Notes: generated by a model from the sequence alone, not told the origin. A DNA stretch of 64,000 nucleotides from Escherichia coli (GCF_036507355.1 NZ_AP027877.1), one strand, 5' to 3'. Positions 1-12,293 are shown, numbered from the stretch's first letter. Numbers and translations are program-made.

Positions 1-80
1 TGCCTGATGCGACGCTGCGCGTCTTGTCAGGGCTACGGTGATTCATCGGATACGCCACTCTGACGGCGCATCCGACAATT
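1..80. repeat. REP/BIME-type extragenic palindromic repeats downstream of aroG
   Basis: gcctgatgcgacgc...gtcttgtcagggctacgg motif typical of E. coli REP units; same motif recurs at 36.6 kb and 54.1 kb. Confidence 0.5.
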
Positions 81-85
81 AAACT

Positions 86-1138
86 TTACCCGCGACGCGC
101 TTTTACTGCATTCGCCAGTTGACGTAACAGAGCATCGGTATCTTCCCAGCCGATGCAGGCATCGGTGATGCTCTTACCGTAGGCCAGCGGCTCCCCGCTC
201 TCGAGGCTCTGATTGCCTTCAACCAGATGACTTTCCACCATCACGCCAATAATGGCCTTTTCGCCACCGGCAATCTGCTGGCAAACGTCAGCACAAACAT
301 CCATCTGCTTTTTGAATTGTTTTGACGAGTTAGCATGGCTGAAATCGATCATCACCTGTGCTGGCAGGCCTGCTTTGTTCAGCCCTTCTTTCACTTCAGC
401 AACGTGCTTCGCGCTGTAGTTAGGCTCTTTACCGCCGCGCAGAATGATATGGCAATCGCCGTTACCGCTGGTATTCACAATCGCCGAATGCCCCCATTTC
501 GTTACGGACAGGAAGCAGTGCGGCGCACCGGCGGCATTAATAGCATCGATAGCCACTTTAATCGTACCGTCGGTGCCATTTTTGAAGCCGACCGGACAAG
601 AAAGCCCTGATGCCAGTTCGCGGTGCACCTGCGATTCGGTGGTACGTGCGCCAATTGCGCCCCAGCTCATCAGGTCAGCGAGATACTGAGGAGTGATCAT
701 ATCGAGAAACTCACCCGCCGCTGGCAGACCGCTGTCGTTAATATCAAGCAGCAATTTACGGGCTATACGCAGACCGTCGTTGATCTGGAAGCTGTTATCC
801 ATATGCGGATCGTTAATCAGCCCTTTCCAGCCCACCGTGGTACGCGGCTTTTCAAAATAGACGCGCATTACGATTTCCAGCTCATCTTTCAGCTCTTCAC
901 GCAGCGCCAGCAAGCGAGTGGCATACTCTTTAGCCGCGACAGGATCATGAATTGAGCACGGGCCAATCACCACCAACAGGCGATCATCATTACCTTTCAG
1001 GATCTTATGGATCGCTTTTCGGGCATGGGCAACCGTATTCGCGGCATTTTCAGTAGCGGGGAATTTTTCCAGCAATGCGACAGGAGGAAGTAACTCTTTG
1101 ATTTCTTTGATGCGTAAATCGTCGTTCTGATAATTCAT
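86..1138 (-). CDS. aroG: DAHP synthase, Phe-sensitive (3-deoxy-7-phosphoheptulonate synthase)
   Basis: 350-aa ORF MNYQNDDLRIKEIKELLPPVALLEKFP... matches remembered E. coli AroG along its length. Confidence 0.95.
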   Translation of the reverse strand: MNYQNDDLRIKEIKELLPPVALLEKFPATENAANTVAHARKAIHKILKGNDDRLLVVIGPCSIHDPVAAKEYATRLLALREELKDELEIVMRVYFEKPRTTVGWKGLINDPHMDNSFQINDGLRIARKLLLDINDSGLPAAGEFLDMITPQYLADLMSWGAIGARTTESQVHRELASGLSCPVGFKNGTDGTIKVAIDAINAAGAPHCFLSVTKWGHSAIVNTSGNGDCHIILRGGKEPNYSAKHVAEVKEGLNKAGLPAQVMIDFSHANSSKQFKKQMDVCADVCQQIAGGEKAIIGVMVESHLVEGNQSLESGEPLAYGKSITDACIGWEDTDALLRQLANAVKARRG

Positions 1139-1207
1139 GTCTGTTCCAGTGTTGCCATACTTATCTTAGTGAATGCAATACTTCCAATCTATATCTTCCG
1201 TCAGAAT

Positions 1208-1225
1208 GTGTAAACGGGGTTTTAC
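1208..1225. promoter_or_regulatory. TyrR box upstream of aroG
   Basis: TGTAAA-N6-TTTACA palindrome (tgtaaacggggttttaca) about 70 bp upstream of the aroG start. Confidence 0.6.
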
Positions 1226-1453
1226 ACTATGAACGGATTAATCCTGGAATTAGCAAGAAAAACGCCAGATTGTCGCGAAAAACGAGATCTCTCCTACAAT
1301 TTCTAACTGTAACTCCTTTGTTTGTTAATTATTTCAAGATTCTCTGCTGCGTTTCATAACCTGGCTGAAATCTTAAACCAATGCCTTATATTCACCTGCA
1401 AATGCACTGTTGGAAGAGGTTATCCGACATAACGACCATAACAGGAGCATCCT

Positions 1454-1834
1454 ATGAAAATGACAAAACTGGCCACATTATTTCTGACTGCCACTCTAAG
1501 CCTTGCCAGCGGTGCCGCACTGGCTGCCGATAGCGGAGCGCAAACTAATAACGGCCAGGCAAACGCCGCCGCTGATGCGGGCCAGGTAGCCCCTGACGCC
1601 CGTGAAAATGTCGCGCCAAATAACGTCGACAATAACGGGGTAAATACCGGTTCTGGCGGCACAATGCTGCATCCGGATGGTTCTTCAATGAACAATGACG
1701 GCATGACCAAAGATGAAGAGCACAAGAACACCATGTGCAAAGATGGTCGCTGTCCGGATATCAATAAAAAGGTACAAACCGGTGATGGCATCAATAATGA
1801 TGTCGATACCAAAACCGACGGTACCACGCAGTAA
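1454..1834 (+). CDS. ybgS: secreted Ala/Asn/Asp-rich small protein YbgS
   Basis: 126-aa ORF with signal peptide [24 protein letters not shown]; conserved position between aroG and zitB. Confidence 0.85.
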   Translation: MKMTKLATLFLTATLSLASGAALAADSGAQTNNGQANAAADAGQVAPDARENVAPNNVDNNGVNTGSGGTMLHPDGSSMNNDGMTKDEEHKNTMCKDGRCPDINKKVQTGDGINNDVDTKTDGTTQ

Positions 1835-1855
1835 CCCTGCAAAATAGCCAATAAT

Positions 1856-1886
1856 GGGAGAGCGGAGTCTCTCCCTTTTAATTTTT
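1856..1886 (+). terminator. intrinsic terminator after ybgS
   Basis: gggagag-cggagt-ctctccc hairpin followed by ttttaattttt. Confidence 0.7.
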
Positions 1887-1947
1887 CCCTTCTAAAAGCA
1901 GTATGATGTCATAAAGTTAAGTGAGAATAATTAAGGGATGACTCGTC

Positions 1948-2889
1948 ATGGCGCACTCACACTCACACACGTCCTCACACCTGCCAGAAGATAATAATGC
2001 TCGTCGCTTGTTGTATGCTTTCGGCGTGACTGCCGGGTTTATGCTGGTAGAAGTCATTGGTGGTTTTCTTTCTGGTTCTCTGGCTTTGCTGGCCGATGCG
2101 GGTCATATGTTGACCGATACTGCCGCCCTGCTTTTCGCCCTACTCGCCGTGCAATTTTCACGTCGTCCTCCCACCATTCGCCACACTTTCGGTTGGCTAA
2201 GACTGACCACGCTCGCGGCGTTTGTGAATGCCATCGCCCTCGTGGTAATTACCATTTTGATTGTCTGGGAGGCGATAGAACGCTTCCGCACGCCGCGTCC
2301 GGTCGAGGGCGGCATGATGATGGCAATTGCCGTGGCTGGGTTGCTGGCAAATATACTTTCTTTCTGGTTACTTCATCACGGCAGCGAAGAGAAAAACCTC
2401 AACGTACGAGCAGCGGCACTGCATGTGCTCGGGGACCTGCTGGGTTCGGTTGGGGCTATTATTGCCGCGTTGATTATTATCTGGACCGGCTGGACACCTG
2501 CTGACCCCATTCTCTCGATACTGGTGTCGCTTCTGGTTCTGCGTAGCGCGTGGCGACTGTTGAAAGATAGCGTGAATGAATTACTTGAGGGTGCACCGGT
2601 ATCGCTGGATATCGCTGAACTGAAGCGTCGTATGTGCCGGGAAATCCCGGAAGTCCGCAATGTGCACCATGTGCATGTATGGATGGTAGGCGAGAAGCCG
2701 GTGATGACGTTGCATGTGCAGGTGATCCCGCCACACGATCACGATGCCTTGTTGGATCAGATCCAACACTACCTGATGGATCACTATCAGATTGAGCACG
2801 CCACCATTCAGATGGAATATCAACCTTGTCATGGGCCAGACTGCCACCTGAATGAAGGGGTGTCTGGCCATTCACATCATCACCATTAA
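1948..2889 (+). CDS. zitB: Zn(II)/Cd(II) cation-diffusion-facilitator efflux transporter
   Basis: 313-aa ORF, His-rich N and C termini ([11 protein letters not shown]...HSHHHH), CDF-family membrane protein. Confidence 0.9.
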   Translation: MAHSHSHTSSHLPEDNNARRLLYAFGVTAGFMLVEVIGGFLSGSLALLADAGHMLTDTAALLFALLAVQFSRRPPTIRHTFGWLRLTTLAAFVNAIALVVITILIVWEAIERFRTPRPVEGGMMMAIAVAGLLANILSFWLLHHGSEEKNLNVRAAALHVLGDLLGSVGAIIAALIIIWTGWTPADPILSILVSLLVLRSAWRLLKDSVNELLEGAPVSLDIAELKRRMCREIPEVRNVHHVHVWMVGEKPVMTLHVQVIPPHDHDALLDQIQHYLMDHYQIEHATIQMEYQPCHGPDCHLNEGVSGHSHHHH

Positions 2890-3605
2890 TGGGACAGCGC
2901 GCGTGAGCCTCTTTCACATGCGCTGTTGATCCACATCCGGCTGCCGTTGAGCGCAATAAAGGTCAGGATGATGTACTCCAGAGACATGGCGTAAACGCCC
3001 TGAAGTGCAAAAATAACGACGCTAATCACGTTAATAATCACCCACAACAGCCAGTTTTCCACATACTTACGCGTCATCAGAATCATTGCCACGATAGATA
3101 ACACCATCATGCATGAATCCCAAAACGGGAAAGCGTCCGGTTGCAGTTCAGGCATCACAACCTGTAATCCTAATGCTTGCATGATCATGACTGCCACGCG
3201 GGTCAAAAATGCAAACACCGGATTGATAAATACCGTCATCAGACCAATCGAAACAACGCAAACCGCCAACCAGCTTAGCGCCTTCGGCAATGGCAACCAG
3301 CGAATTTTCAACTCCGCCTCGTTCTGACTGGTTTGTCGCGACCACGCATACCAACCGTAAATATTCGCGGCAAAGAAAAACACCTGTAATAGCAGGCTGG
3401 CATACAGCTGAATCTGAAAGAAAATAATGCCAAACAAGGTGACGTTGATCAGGCCAAAGAAGTAGTTGCTGATCTTCTCCAGACTGGCAAGGCCAATACA
3501 CAGCAACCCGGCGATCGTGCCTACCGCTTCGATCCATGAGAGATCATAACCGCCTGCTCCTATTGGTATATGTACCAGGATATTCTGCACACTAAAAAAA
3601 TCCAT
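2886..3605 (-). CDS. pnuC: nicotinamide riboside transporter
   Basis: 239-aa polytopic membrane ORF immediately downstream of nadA, matches PnuC. Confidence 0.9.
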   Translation of the reverse strand: MDFFSVQNILVHIPIGAGGYDLSWIEAVGTIAGLLCIGLASLEKISNYFFGLINVTLFGIIFFQIQLYASLLLQVFFFAANIYGWYAWSRQTSQNEAELKIRWLPLPKALSWLAVCVVSIGLMTVFINPVFAFLTRVAVMIMQALGLQVVMPELQPDAFPFWDSCMMVLSIVAMILMTRKYVENWLLWVIINVISVVIFALQGVYAMSLEYIILTFIALNGSRMWINSACERGSRALSH

Positions 3606-3642
3606 CTTTCCCCCAAAGCGTAACGTTACGCCTTATTATTCG

Positions 3643-4686
3643 TTATCCACGTAGTGTAGCCGCAAAATCCAGCATACGATTGAGCGGCACCAGCGCCCTC
3701 TCTCGCAGCCTTTCATCAACATGAACCTCGTGATTGCTTCCTTCCTGTTCTAATGCCTCTGCGATGGCCTGAAGGCCATTCATGGCCATCCACGGACAAT
3801 GCGCGCAGCTGCGGCAGGTTGCACCCTCACCTGCGGTTGGTGCTTCCAGTAACTCTTTATCTGGCACCGCCTGCTGCATTTTGTAGAAAATACCCCGATC
3901 GGTTGCCACAATAAGCCTCTGATGTGGCAATGTTTTCGCAGCAGCGATCAGTTGACTGGTGGAACCGACCGCATCCGCCATATCGACAATAGCTTGTGGT
4001 GATTCTGGATGCACCAGTATGGCAGCATCCGGGTATTCTTCTTGCAAGCGGGTTAACGCCTGAGTCTTAAATTCATCATGCACAATGCAGGCCCCCTGCC
4101 AGCATAAAATGTCTGCGCCCGTCTGTTTTTGCACGTAACGCCCCAGGTGTTTGTCGGGTGCCCAGATGATTTTTTCACCCAAACTATCCAGATGATCAAT
4201 AAGTTCGACGGCAATGCTTGAAGTTACCACCCAATCTGCCCGCGCTTTTACCGCAGCAGAAGTGTTGGCGTAGACGACGACAGTATGATCGGGATGGGCA
4301 TCGCAAAATGCGTTAAATTCTTCAACAGGGCAGCCGAGATCCAGTGAACATTCAGCCTGAAGTGTCGGCATCAGAATTGTTTTTTCCGGACTGAGAATTT
4401 TGGCGGTTTCTCCCATAAATCTCACCCCAGCGACTAACAACGTAGAAGCGGGATGCTTTGCACCGAAGCGCGCCATTTCCAGAGAATCAGAAATACAGCC
4501 ACCGGTTTCTTCTGCCAGTTGTTGAATTTCGGGATCGGTATAGTAATGGGCAACCATCACCGCATTACGTTCTTTTAGCAGACGTTTTATCTTCTCGCGG
4601 TAATACGCTTTTTCATCAATGCTTAACGGCGTCGGCTTCGGGGGGAAAGGATAAATCGCCGTGTCTGGATCAAACATCACGCTCAT
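3643..4686 (-). CDS. nadA: quinolinate synthase A
   Basis: 347-aa [25 protein letters not shown]... matches E. coli NadA. Confidence 0.95.
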   Translation of the reverse strand: MSVMFDPDTAIYPFPPKPTPLSIDEKAYYREKIKRLLKERNAVMVAHYYTDPEIQQLAEETGGCISDSLEMARFGAKHPASTLLVAGVRFMGETAKILSPEKTILMPTLQAECSLDLGCPVEEFNAFCDAHPDHTVVVYANTSAAVKARADWVVTSSIAVELIDHLDSLGEKIIWAPDKHLGRYVQKQTGADILCWQGACIVHDEFKTQALTRLQEEYPDAAILVHPESPQAIVDMADAVGSTSQLIAAAKTLPHQRLIVATDRGIFYKMQQAVPDKELLEAPTAGEGATCRSCAHCPWMAMNGLQAIAEALEQEGSNHEVHVDERLRERALVPLNRMLDFAATLRG

Positions 4687-4758
4687 CTTACCATCTCGTT
4701 TTACAGGCTTAACGTTAAAACCGACATAAGCGTCATATTCGCTGTTATCGGTGTAATT

Positions 4759-4776
4759 TGTTTTATATACTAAACA
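4759..4776. promoter_or_regulatory. putative NadR operator (NAD box) upstream of nadA
   Basis: palindrome tgttttatatactaaaca (TGTTTA...TAAACA type) about 75 bp upstream of the nadA start. Confidence 0.45.
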
Positions 4777-4932
4777 AGATAGTCGAATGGTGGGGAAAAG
4801 TCACTCGAATTACGCCTAATGTGCAGGATGCGTCATTTTACGCCTAATTCCACCGACATAGAGTTGCTTGCACAGTAAGCTCTGACTATGTCATCAGGTT
4901 TACAAAGTTAAATTGAGGGATGCCTGAATAGC

Positions 4933-4959
4933 AAAAAAGCGTCTTTAGGGCGCTTTTTT
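4933..4959 (-). terminator. duplicated copy of the lysT-operon terminator hairpin
   Basis: aaaaaagcgtctttagggcgctttttt; near-identical to the hairpin at 5089-5115. Confidence 0.6.
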
Positions 4960-4963
4960 ACAT

Positions 4964-4980
4964 TGGTGGGTCGTGCAGGA
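4964..4980 (-). repeat. tRNA-Lys 3'-end fragment (17 nt) within a duplicated terminator unit
   Basis: tggtgggtcgtgcagga identical to the 3' end of the tRNA-Lys genes, followed by a non-tRNA stretch tgactcgcttcgctcgccct... Confidence 0.6.
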
Positions 4981-5088
4981 TGACTCGCTTCGCTCGCCCT
5001 TCGGGCCGTCGCCGCGAGCGGCTCCGTTGTTTCGCTGCGCTCAACTCGAACCTGCTGCAGGTTCGAATCTTTGAATATCTCAGATAGC

Positions 5089-5115
5089 AAAAAAGCGCCT
5101 TTAGGGCGCTTTTTT
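5089..5115 (-). terminator. intrinsic terminator of the lysT tRNA operon
   Basis: aaaaaagcgcctttagggcgctttttt hairpin immediately 3' of the last tRNA on the minus strand. Confidence 0.75.
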
Positions 5116-5119
5116 ACAT

Positions 5120-5195
5120 TGGTGGGTCGTGCAGGATTCGAACCTGCGACCAATTGATTAAAAGTCAACTGCTCTACCAACTGAGCTAACGACCC
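5120..5195 (-). tRNA. lysQ: tRNA-Lys (UUU)
   Basis: 76-nt exact reverse complement of the E. coli tRNA-Lys sequence including 3' CCA. Confidence 0.95.
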
Positions 5196-5228
5196 CTTGC
5201 GGGATTATGCTGCTTTAATCATTCAGGA

Positions 5229-5304
5229 TGGTGGGTCGTGCAGGATTCGAACCTGCGACCAATTGATTAAAAGTCAACTGCTCTACCAACTGAGCTAACG
5301 ACCC
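5229..5304 (-). tRNA. lysZ: tRNA-Lys (UUU)
   Basis: 76-nt tRNA-Lys sequence. Confidence 0.95.
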
Positions 5305-5352
5305 ATACGGGTGTTACCTGAAAGATTTCTACTCGGAACCAATCTTTAAAAT

Positions 5353-5369
5353 TGGTGGGTCGTGCAGGA
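5353..5369 (-). repeat. tRNA-Lys 3'-end fragment (17 nt) in the lysY-lysZ spacer
   Basis: second copy of tggtgggtcgtgcagga plus the same tgactcgcttcgctcgccct-cgggccg continuation seen at 4964. Confidence 0.6.
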
Positions 5370-5450
5370 TGACTCGCTTCGCTCGCCCTACGGGCCGTTG
5401 CTGGCGCAACGTTATCCTTCACGCTTAACATCTGAGTTTGATGTTAAAAT

Positions 5451-5526
5451 TGGTGGGTCGTGCAGGATTCGAACCTGCGACCAATTGATTAAAAGTCAAC
5501 TGCTCTACCAACTGAGCTAACGACCC
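5451..5526 (-). tRNA. lysY: tRNA-Lys (UUU)
   Basis: 76-nt tRNA-Lys sequence. Confidence 0.95.
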
Positions 5527-5529
5527 GAG

Positions 5530-5605
5530 TGGTGGGTGATGACGGGATCGAACCGCCGACCCCCTCCTTGTAAGGGAGGTGCTCTCCCAGCTGAGCTAAT
5601 CACCC
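5530..5605 (-). tRNA. valZ: tRNA-Val (UAC)
   Basis: 76-nt reverse complement of E. coli tRNA-Val (GGGTGATTAGCTCAGCTGGGAGAGCACCTCCCTTACAAGGAGGGGGTCGGCGGTTCGATCCCGTCATCACCCACCA). Confidence 0.95.
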
Positions 5606-5656
5606 GATACTGCGCTGGATACTACAAACTACTTCCACCGAACCCACCGTAATTAG

Positions 5657-5732
5657 TGGTGGGTCGTGCAGGATTCGAACCTGCGACCAATTGATTAAAA
5701 GTCAACTGCTCTACCAACTGAGCTAACGACCC
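5657..5732 (-). tRNA. lysW: tRNA-Lys (UUU)
   Basis: 76-nt tRNA-Lys sequence. Confidence 0.95.
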
Positions 5733-5734
5733 GG

Positions 5735-5810
5735 TGGTGGGTGATGACGGGATCGAACCGCCGACCCCCTCCTTGTAAGGGAGGTGCTCTCCCAGCTGAG
5801 CTAATCACCC
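5735..5810 (-). tRNA. valT: tRNA-Val (UAC)
   Basis: 76-nt tRNA-Val sequence. Confidence 0.95.
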
Positions 5811-5845
5811 GATACTACGCTGGATACTACAACTAACTAGGTTAG

Positions 5846-5921
5846 TGGTGGGTCGTGCAGGATTCGAACCTGCGACCAATTGATTAAAAGTCAACTGCTC
5901 TACCAACTGAGCTAACGACCC
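5846..5921 (-). tRNA. lysT: tRNA-Lys (UUU)
   Basis: 76-nt tRNA-Lys sequence; first gene of the operon on the minus strand. Confidence 0.95.
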
Positions 5922-6085
5922 ACTTTTTCGTTGCTTTCGGTTTGTTTGATATCCCGTGGCAACGGCGGCATATATTACTGATTTCAGACTTGAGCGCAAC
6001 AAAAATTTCGATGTAGATCACTCAACTGCTTATGATTCGCACGACACGACCAGAAATAATGCGACTTCTGGTCGTGTGTTATGCA

Positions 6086-6877
6086 TTACATCGCGTTCAG
6101 ACGTTTTTGTGCCTGTTTAGCGCCATCAGTACCAGGGTATTTACTGATAACCTGCTGGTATACGGCTTTCGCTTTTGCGGTGTCACCTTTGTCCTGCATG
6201 ATGACGCCGACTTTAAACATCGCATCTGCAGCCTTTGGTGACTTCGGATAGTTTTTCACTACCGAAGCAAAATAGTACGCCGCATCATCTTTTTTACCCT
6301 TGTTGTAGTTTAACTGACCCAGCCAATAATTGGCGTTTGGCAGGTAAGTTGAATCAGGGTAATTTTTGATGAAATTCTGAAATGCCACCATTGCGTCATC
6401 CTGGCGGGATTTATCCTGCACCAGCGCAATAGCTGCATTGTAATCCGTGTTTGCATCACCGCTTTTCACCGGCGCGCCAGCATTCGCAGTACCAGCATCA
6501 GCTGTCGGCGTCGTTGATGCCGCCGCACCGCTTTGATCACCGCTGGTTGATTGCGCCGCTGCACCACCGCTGCTGAGGCTGTCGATCTGCAACAGGATCT
6601 GCTTTTGCCGCTCCACGACCTGATTCAGTTGATACTGATTTTCCTGAATCTGACCACGCAGGGAATCAATATCGGATTGATTATCAGAGAGTTGTTGCTG
6701 GAGTTGGGTTAAAAGCTGGCTGTGAGCATTAGAAATACGCTCAAGTTGAGTGACGCGGTCTTCGACCGAGCCTGAGCCGACACTACTGATTGGTGCCTGA
6801 GCAAAAGCGGCCCAGGGGGCCGCTATACCAACCAGTAACGACAGACTCAATAGTTGATGTCTGAAGTTACTGCTCAT
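6086..6877 (-). CDS. cpoB: cell-division coordinator CpoB (YbgF), TPR-repeat periplasmic protein
   Basis: 263-aa ORF with signal peptide, coiled-coil and TPR region; last gene of the tol-pal cluster. Confidence 0.9.
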   Translation of the reverse strand: MSSNFRHQLLSLSLLVGIAAPWAAFAQAPISSVGSGSVEDRVTQLERISNAHSQLLTQLQQQLSDNQSDIDSLRGQIQENQYQLNQVVERQKQILLQIDSLSSGGAAAQSTSGDQSGAAASTTPTADAGTANAGAPVKSGDANTDYNAAIALVQDKSRQDDAMVAFQNFIKNYPDSTYLPNANYWLGQLNYNKGKKDDAAYYFASVVKNYPKSPKAADAMFKVGVIMQDKGDTAKAKAVYQQVISKYPGTDGAKQAQKRLNAM

Positions 6878-6886
6878 GCAATTCTC

Positions 6887-7432
<546 letters not shown>

Positions 7433-7442
7433 TTAATTATTA

Positions 7443-8735
7443 TCACAGATACGGCGACCAGGCAGGGAATTTGACCTGTCCATCAGTTGCCGGAAGACGC
7501 GCTTTGAAACGCCCATCTGTAGAAACCAAATTCAGCACGGATCCCATCCCCTGAGAAGAGCTGTAGATTACCATAGTGCCGTTAGGTGCCAGACTTGGCG
7601 TTTCATCCAGGAACGTGGACGACAGAACTTGTACGCCTCCCGTTGCCAGATCTTGTTTGGCAATGTGCTGCTGCCCACCGTTGGAGCTGACCATTACCAT
7701 AAATTTACCGTCGCTGCTGACATCCGCATCCTGGTTCTGCGAACCTTCCCAGGTAATACGTTGTGGCGCACCGCCGTTGATATTCACTTTATAAACCTGT
7801 GGACGACCGGCCTGGTCAGAAGTAAATGCCAGGTTCTGGCTGTCCGGGAACCAGGTCGGTTCGGTATTGTTACTGCGACCATCAGTCACCTGGCGGATCT
7901 GACCAGAAGCCAAATCCATTACGTACAGGTTCAGGCTACCGGTTTTCGACAAGGCGAATGCCAGTTTGCTGCCGTCTGGCGAGAATGCAGGCGCACCGTT
8001 GTGACGCGGGAATGAAGCCACCTGACGTACAGCGCCGTTTGCCAGCGTTTGGATAACCAGCGCGGAACGACCGCTTTCGAAGGTCACATAAGCCAGTTTA
8101 GAACCGTCTGGTGACCACGCCGGGGACATCAGCGGCTGTGGTGAACGGTGAACGACAAACTGGTTGTAACCGTCATAGTCAGATACGCGCAGTTCATACG
8201 GGAACTGACCGCCGTTGGTCTGAACAACGTAGGCAATACGGGTACGGAACGCACCTTTAATACCGGTCAGTTTTTCAAACACTTCATCACTGGCGGTATG
8301 ACCAGCATAACGCAGCCACTGCTTGTTCACTTTGTACGCGTTCTGAGCAAGTACAGTACCCGGTGCGCCGCCAGTGTCAACAAGTTGATAAGCAACATTG
8401 TAAGAACCATCCGGATTCGGAGTGACCTGACCGACAACTACAGCGTCAATACCCAGCGCGGACCATGCAGCTGGTTGTACTTCCTGCGCACTACCCGGCT
8501 GCTGTGGCAGACGAGCGCGATCTAACGGATTAAATTTACCGCTGTTACGCAAGTCGGCAGCAACGATGCCGCCAATATCTTCAGGTGCCGCACCAGGGCC
8601 CGCCCACTGGAAAGGAACAACTCCAATAGGACGACCGGAATCTACACCGCTGTCGATCACAATGCGGACTTCAGCATGAAGAACTGATGCCCACAATATG
8701 AGAAAACCAAATGCTACTCGTAATGCCTGCTTCAT
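7443..8735 (-). CDS. tolB: Tol-Pal system periplasmic beta-propeller protein
   Basis: [26 protein letters not shown]... matches TolB (430 aa from the second Met). Confidence 0.95.
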   Translation of the reverse strand: MKQALRVAFGFLILWASVLHAEVRIVIDSGVDSGRPIGVVPFQWAGPGAAPEDIGGIVAADLRNSGKFNPLDRARLPQQPGSAQEVQPAAWSALGIDAVVVGQVTPNPDGSYNVAYQLVDTGGAPGTVLAQNAYKVNKQWLRYAGHTASDEVFEKLTGIKGAFRTRIAYVVQTNGGQFPYELRVSDYDGYNQFVVHRSPQPLMSPAWSPDGSKLAYVTFESGRSALVIQTLANGAVRQVASFPRHNGAPAFSPDGSKLAFALSKTGSLNLYVMDLASGQIRQVTDGRSNNTEPTWFPDSQNLAFTSDQAGRPQVYKVNINGGAPQRITWEGSQNQDADVSSDGKFMVMVSSNGGQQHIAKQDLATGGVQVLSSTFLDETPSLAPNGTMVIYSSSQGMGSVLNLVSTDGRFKARLPATDGQVKFPAWSPYL

Positions 8736-8867
8736 CATATCTCCCTTATCTGGACCGATGGCCCACGATAATTTAGCAGAATGTTAACAAACTAAAATAC
8801 ACAAAACTACCAGAACCCCGTGGCAACCGGTGCCTGATGTTGACCGTCGGAACAGTCAGCATCGCGA

Positions 8868-10133
8868 TTACGGTTTGAAGTCCAATGGCGCGTTTTTGAA
8901 CACTTCATATACTGCCTGGCTTGGTGGTTTCGGGATCTTCGCAAGTTTAGCTGCTGCCAACGCAGCTTGACAAAGTGCGGGATCGCCACCTTCAGGTTTG
9001 ATATCCAGTAACATACCATCGGGTGCCAGTTTTATGCGCAGCGTACAGGTTTTGCCTGCATAGGACGATGCGTCATAGAACTTACTTTCGATAGCAGATT
9101 TAATCTGCCCGGCATAGTTATTGATATCGGCCCCTGATGCGCCATTGTTTTTAGTATTACCACTCCCGGCAGGCGAAGCATTGTTCCCTTTCGCCCCTCC
9201 CCCCGTTTTCGGTGCATTCTTACCAGAGCTTAGCTCACCGAAAATATCATCTGCCTCTGCGGCAGCTTTTGCTGCAGCGGCTTTTTCAGCTGCTGCTTTT
9301 GCAGCTGCCGCTTTTTTGTCTGCGGCGGCTTTTTCTGCCGCTGCTTTCTTATCAGCTGCTGCCTTTTCTGCAGCCGCTTTTTCTGCTGCTTTTTTGTCGG
9401 CTGCAGCTTTCTCTGCTGCCGCTTTCTTATCAGCTGCAGCCTTTTCAGCAGCCGCTTTCTTCTCAGCTTCTGCCTTGGCTTTTTCAGCAGCTTCAGTTGC
9501 CGCTTTCTTTCTTGCTTCAGCTGCAGCTGCTTCTGCCGCTTCCGCTTTCTTCTTCAGCGCCGCAGCGGCTGCCTCGGCTTTTTTCTGCGCTTCGGCTGCG
9601 GCTTTGGCGGCTTCTGCTTCTGCTTTTTTCTTCGCATCTGCAGCCGCTTTCTTCGCTGCATCTTCCGCAGCTTTAGCATCCGCTTCGGCCTTCGCTTTAG
9701 CATCTGCCGCCGCTTTCGCTGCCGCCTCTTCCGCTTGCTTCTGCTTTAACTCGGCCTGTTTTGCGGCTTCTTCAGCCTGCTTTTTCTGTTCCTGAGCAGC
9801 TAACCGCTCTTTCTCAAGTTGCTTCAGGCGTTCCTGTTCAGCCGCTTGTTTCTCACGCAGTTCTTCAGCAGCCTGCTGTTCCTTCATCTTGCGCTGCTCA
9901 TCAGAACGCTTCGCGCTTGATTCCTGGCTTTGCATGCGTTTGTACTGCTCAACTACCGCACCTGAATCAACCATGACAGCGTCGATGGACGAACCACCGC
10001 CGCCTCCAGCTGAAGCTTCTATATTCTCATCGAACGAACTCCAGATCAGCGCCGCAAATAAGATGACATGCAGCACTGCTGAAATAATTATCGCCCGCTT
10101 GAGCTTGTCGTTTTGTTCGGTTGCCTTTGACAC
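8868..10133 (-). CDS. tolA: Tol-Pal system protein TolA
   Basis: 421-aa ORF with N-terminal TM anchor and long Ala/Lys/Glu-rich helical domain II. Confidence 0.95.
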   Translation of the reverse strand: MSKATEQNDKLKRAIIISAVLHVILFAALIWSSFDENIEASAGGGGGSSIDAVMVDSGAVVEQYKRMQSQESSAKRSDEQRKMKEQQAAEELREKQAAEQERLKQLEKERLAAQEQKKQAEEAAKQAELKQKQAEEAAAKAAADAKAKAEADAKAAEDAAKKAAADAKKKAEAEAAKAAAEAQKKAEAAAAALKKKAEAAEAAAAEARKKAATEAAEKAKAEAEKKAAAEKAAADKKAAAEKAAADKKAAEKAAAEKAAADKKAAAEKAAADKKAAAAKAAAEKAAAAKAAAEADDIFGELSSGKNAPKTGGGAKGNNASPAGSGNTKNNGASGADINNYAGQIKSAIESKFYDASSYAGKTCTLRIKLAPDGMLLDIKPEGGDPALCQAALAAAKLAKIPKPPSQAVYEVFKNAPLDFKP

Positions 10134-10197
10134 TCTCGGTTTCCAAAAACTGTTCGCCTGTTACCCGCTCTCTTTCAAGCAAGGGAAACGCAGATGT

Positions 10198-10626
10198 TTA
10201 GATAGGCTGCGTCATTAAACCAACCGATTTCACACCCGCACTATGTAACAAGTTCAGTGCTTTAATTATTTCATCGTAAGGCACATCTTTTGCGCCACCG
10301 ATCAGAAAGACCGTTTTCGGGTTGGCCTTGAAACGGCTGGACACTTCCGCCACCACCTGCTCTGGTGGTAAACGCTCAAGGCGATCTTTCTCAACCACTA
10401 CGGTGTACTGACCAATACCAGACACTTCAACAATCACTGGCGGATTATCGTTACTGCTCACCGCCTGTGATTCAGTTGCGTCTGGCAGATCGACCTCCAC
10501 GCTCTGGGTGATGATGGGCGCTGTCGCCATAAAGATCAGCAACAGCACCAGCAGTACGTCCAGCAACGGTACAATGTTGATTTCGGACTTGAGATCGCGA
10601 CGACCTCGTCCACGCGCTCTGGCCAT
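10198..10626 (-). CDS. tolR: Tol-Pal system protein TolR
   Basis: 142-aa ExbD/TolR-family ORF. Confidence 0.95.
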   Translation of the reverse strand: MARARGRGRRDLKSEINIVPLLDVLLVLLLIFMATAPIITQSVEVDLPDATESQAVSSNDNPPVIVEVSGIGQYTVVVEKDRLERLPPEQVVAEVSSRFKANPKTVFLIGGAKDVPYDEIIKALNLLHSAGVKSVGLMTQPI

Positions 10627-10629
10627 GGC

Positions 10630-11723
<1,094 letters not shown>

Positions 11724-11872
11724 TTTACATCCCGGTAATGCAACAAAAGTTAGAGCTTTTAAACGCTGCTACTATACGCGCGCGATTGAGGTTTGGGAAT
11801 GAGGGCAAGTTAAGGGAGCGTAAAAATTTATGGGCCTGGAGCGGCCCATAATTTTTTAAAGAGAATTCTGAT

Positions 11873-12166
11873 TTAAAAGAAGAAGAAAATCAGCCCGACA
11901 ATGAGAACAATATCGGCAAGCAATGGGCAAAAAATCCCTTGCCAAAGAACCTTCTGCGGACGAAAGCCCACGCCGTGAATCACACCAGCACAGACGGCCC
12001 ACATCAGCAATAAACCATGCCAGATTTCCAGTTCACTGGTCTTCGCGGCAAAACGAGATGGGTCCCAAAACATACATCCTGCTAACAGAAGCGCCATCAC
12101 GAAGGAAAGCGCCCGCAGGGGGCGCTTGTCCATTACCGCATACAAGGTCGCGATAATCTTACTCAT
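11873..12166 (-). CDS. ybgE: cyd operon membrane protein YbgE
   Basis: 97-aa membrane ORF directly downstream of cydX. Confidence 0.85.
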   Translation of the reverse strand: MSKIIATLYAVMDKRPLRALSFVMALLLAGCMFWDPSRFAAKTSELEIWHGLLLMWAVCAGVIHGVGFRPQKVLWQGIFCPLLADIVLIVGLIFFFF

Positions 12167-12279
12167 CAGATGTCTTCTTGACCGGCTTTGCCTGATTCGA
12201 CGTGCTCAAGCGCCAGCGCGGTGATTACCCCAAACGAACAGGCAAGAAGCGTTCCCAGAATCCATGCGAAATACCACAT
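12166..12279 (-). CDS. cydX: cytochrome bd-I small subunit CydX (YbgT)
   Basis: 37-aa ORF MWYFAWILGTLLACSFGVITALALEHVESGKAGQEDI read by hand from the minus strand; absent from the ORF track because of its size. Confidence 0.85.
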   Translation of the reverse strand: MWYFAWILGTLLACSFGVITALALEHVESGKAGQEDI

Positions 12280-12293
12280 TTTTAGCTCCTTAC

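Noticed and set aside
4908-5180. 90-aa minus-strand ORF containing a repeated LVAGSNPARPTNVKKRPK motif
   Set aside because: It is a translation through tRNA-Lys, the tRNA 3' fragment and the duplicated terminator units; the repeat reflects the duplicated DNA, not a protein.
4900-5950. Prophage or genomic-island integration at the tRNA-Lys/Val cluster
   Set aside because: No integrase, no phage-like ORFs and no long direct repeat of a tRNA 3' end bounding foreign DNA; the flanking genes nadA and cpoB are the normal neighbours.
9121-9795. Long Ala/Ser/Phe-rich ORFs (224 aa and 154 aa) on the plus strand, and a repetitive DNA stretch at about 9240-9790
   Set aside because: They lie antisense to tolA. 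The repetition is the coding sequence of TolA's Ala/Lys/Glu-rich helical domain II, not a CRISPR array or an independent gene.
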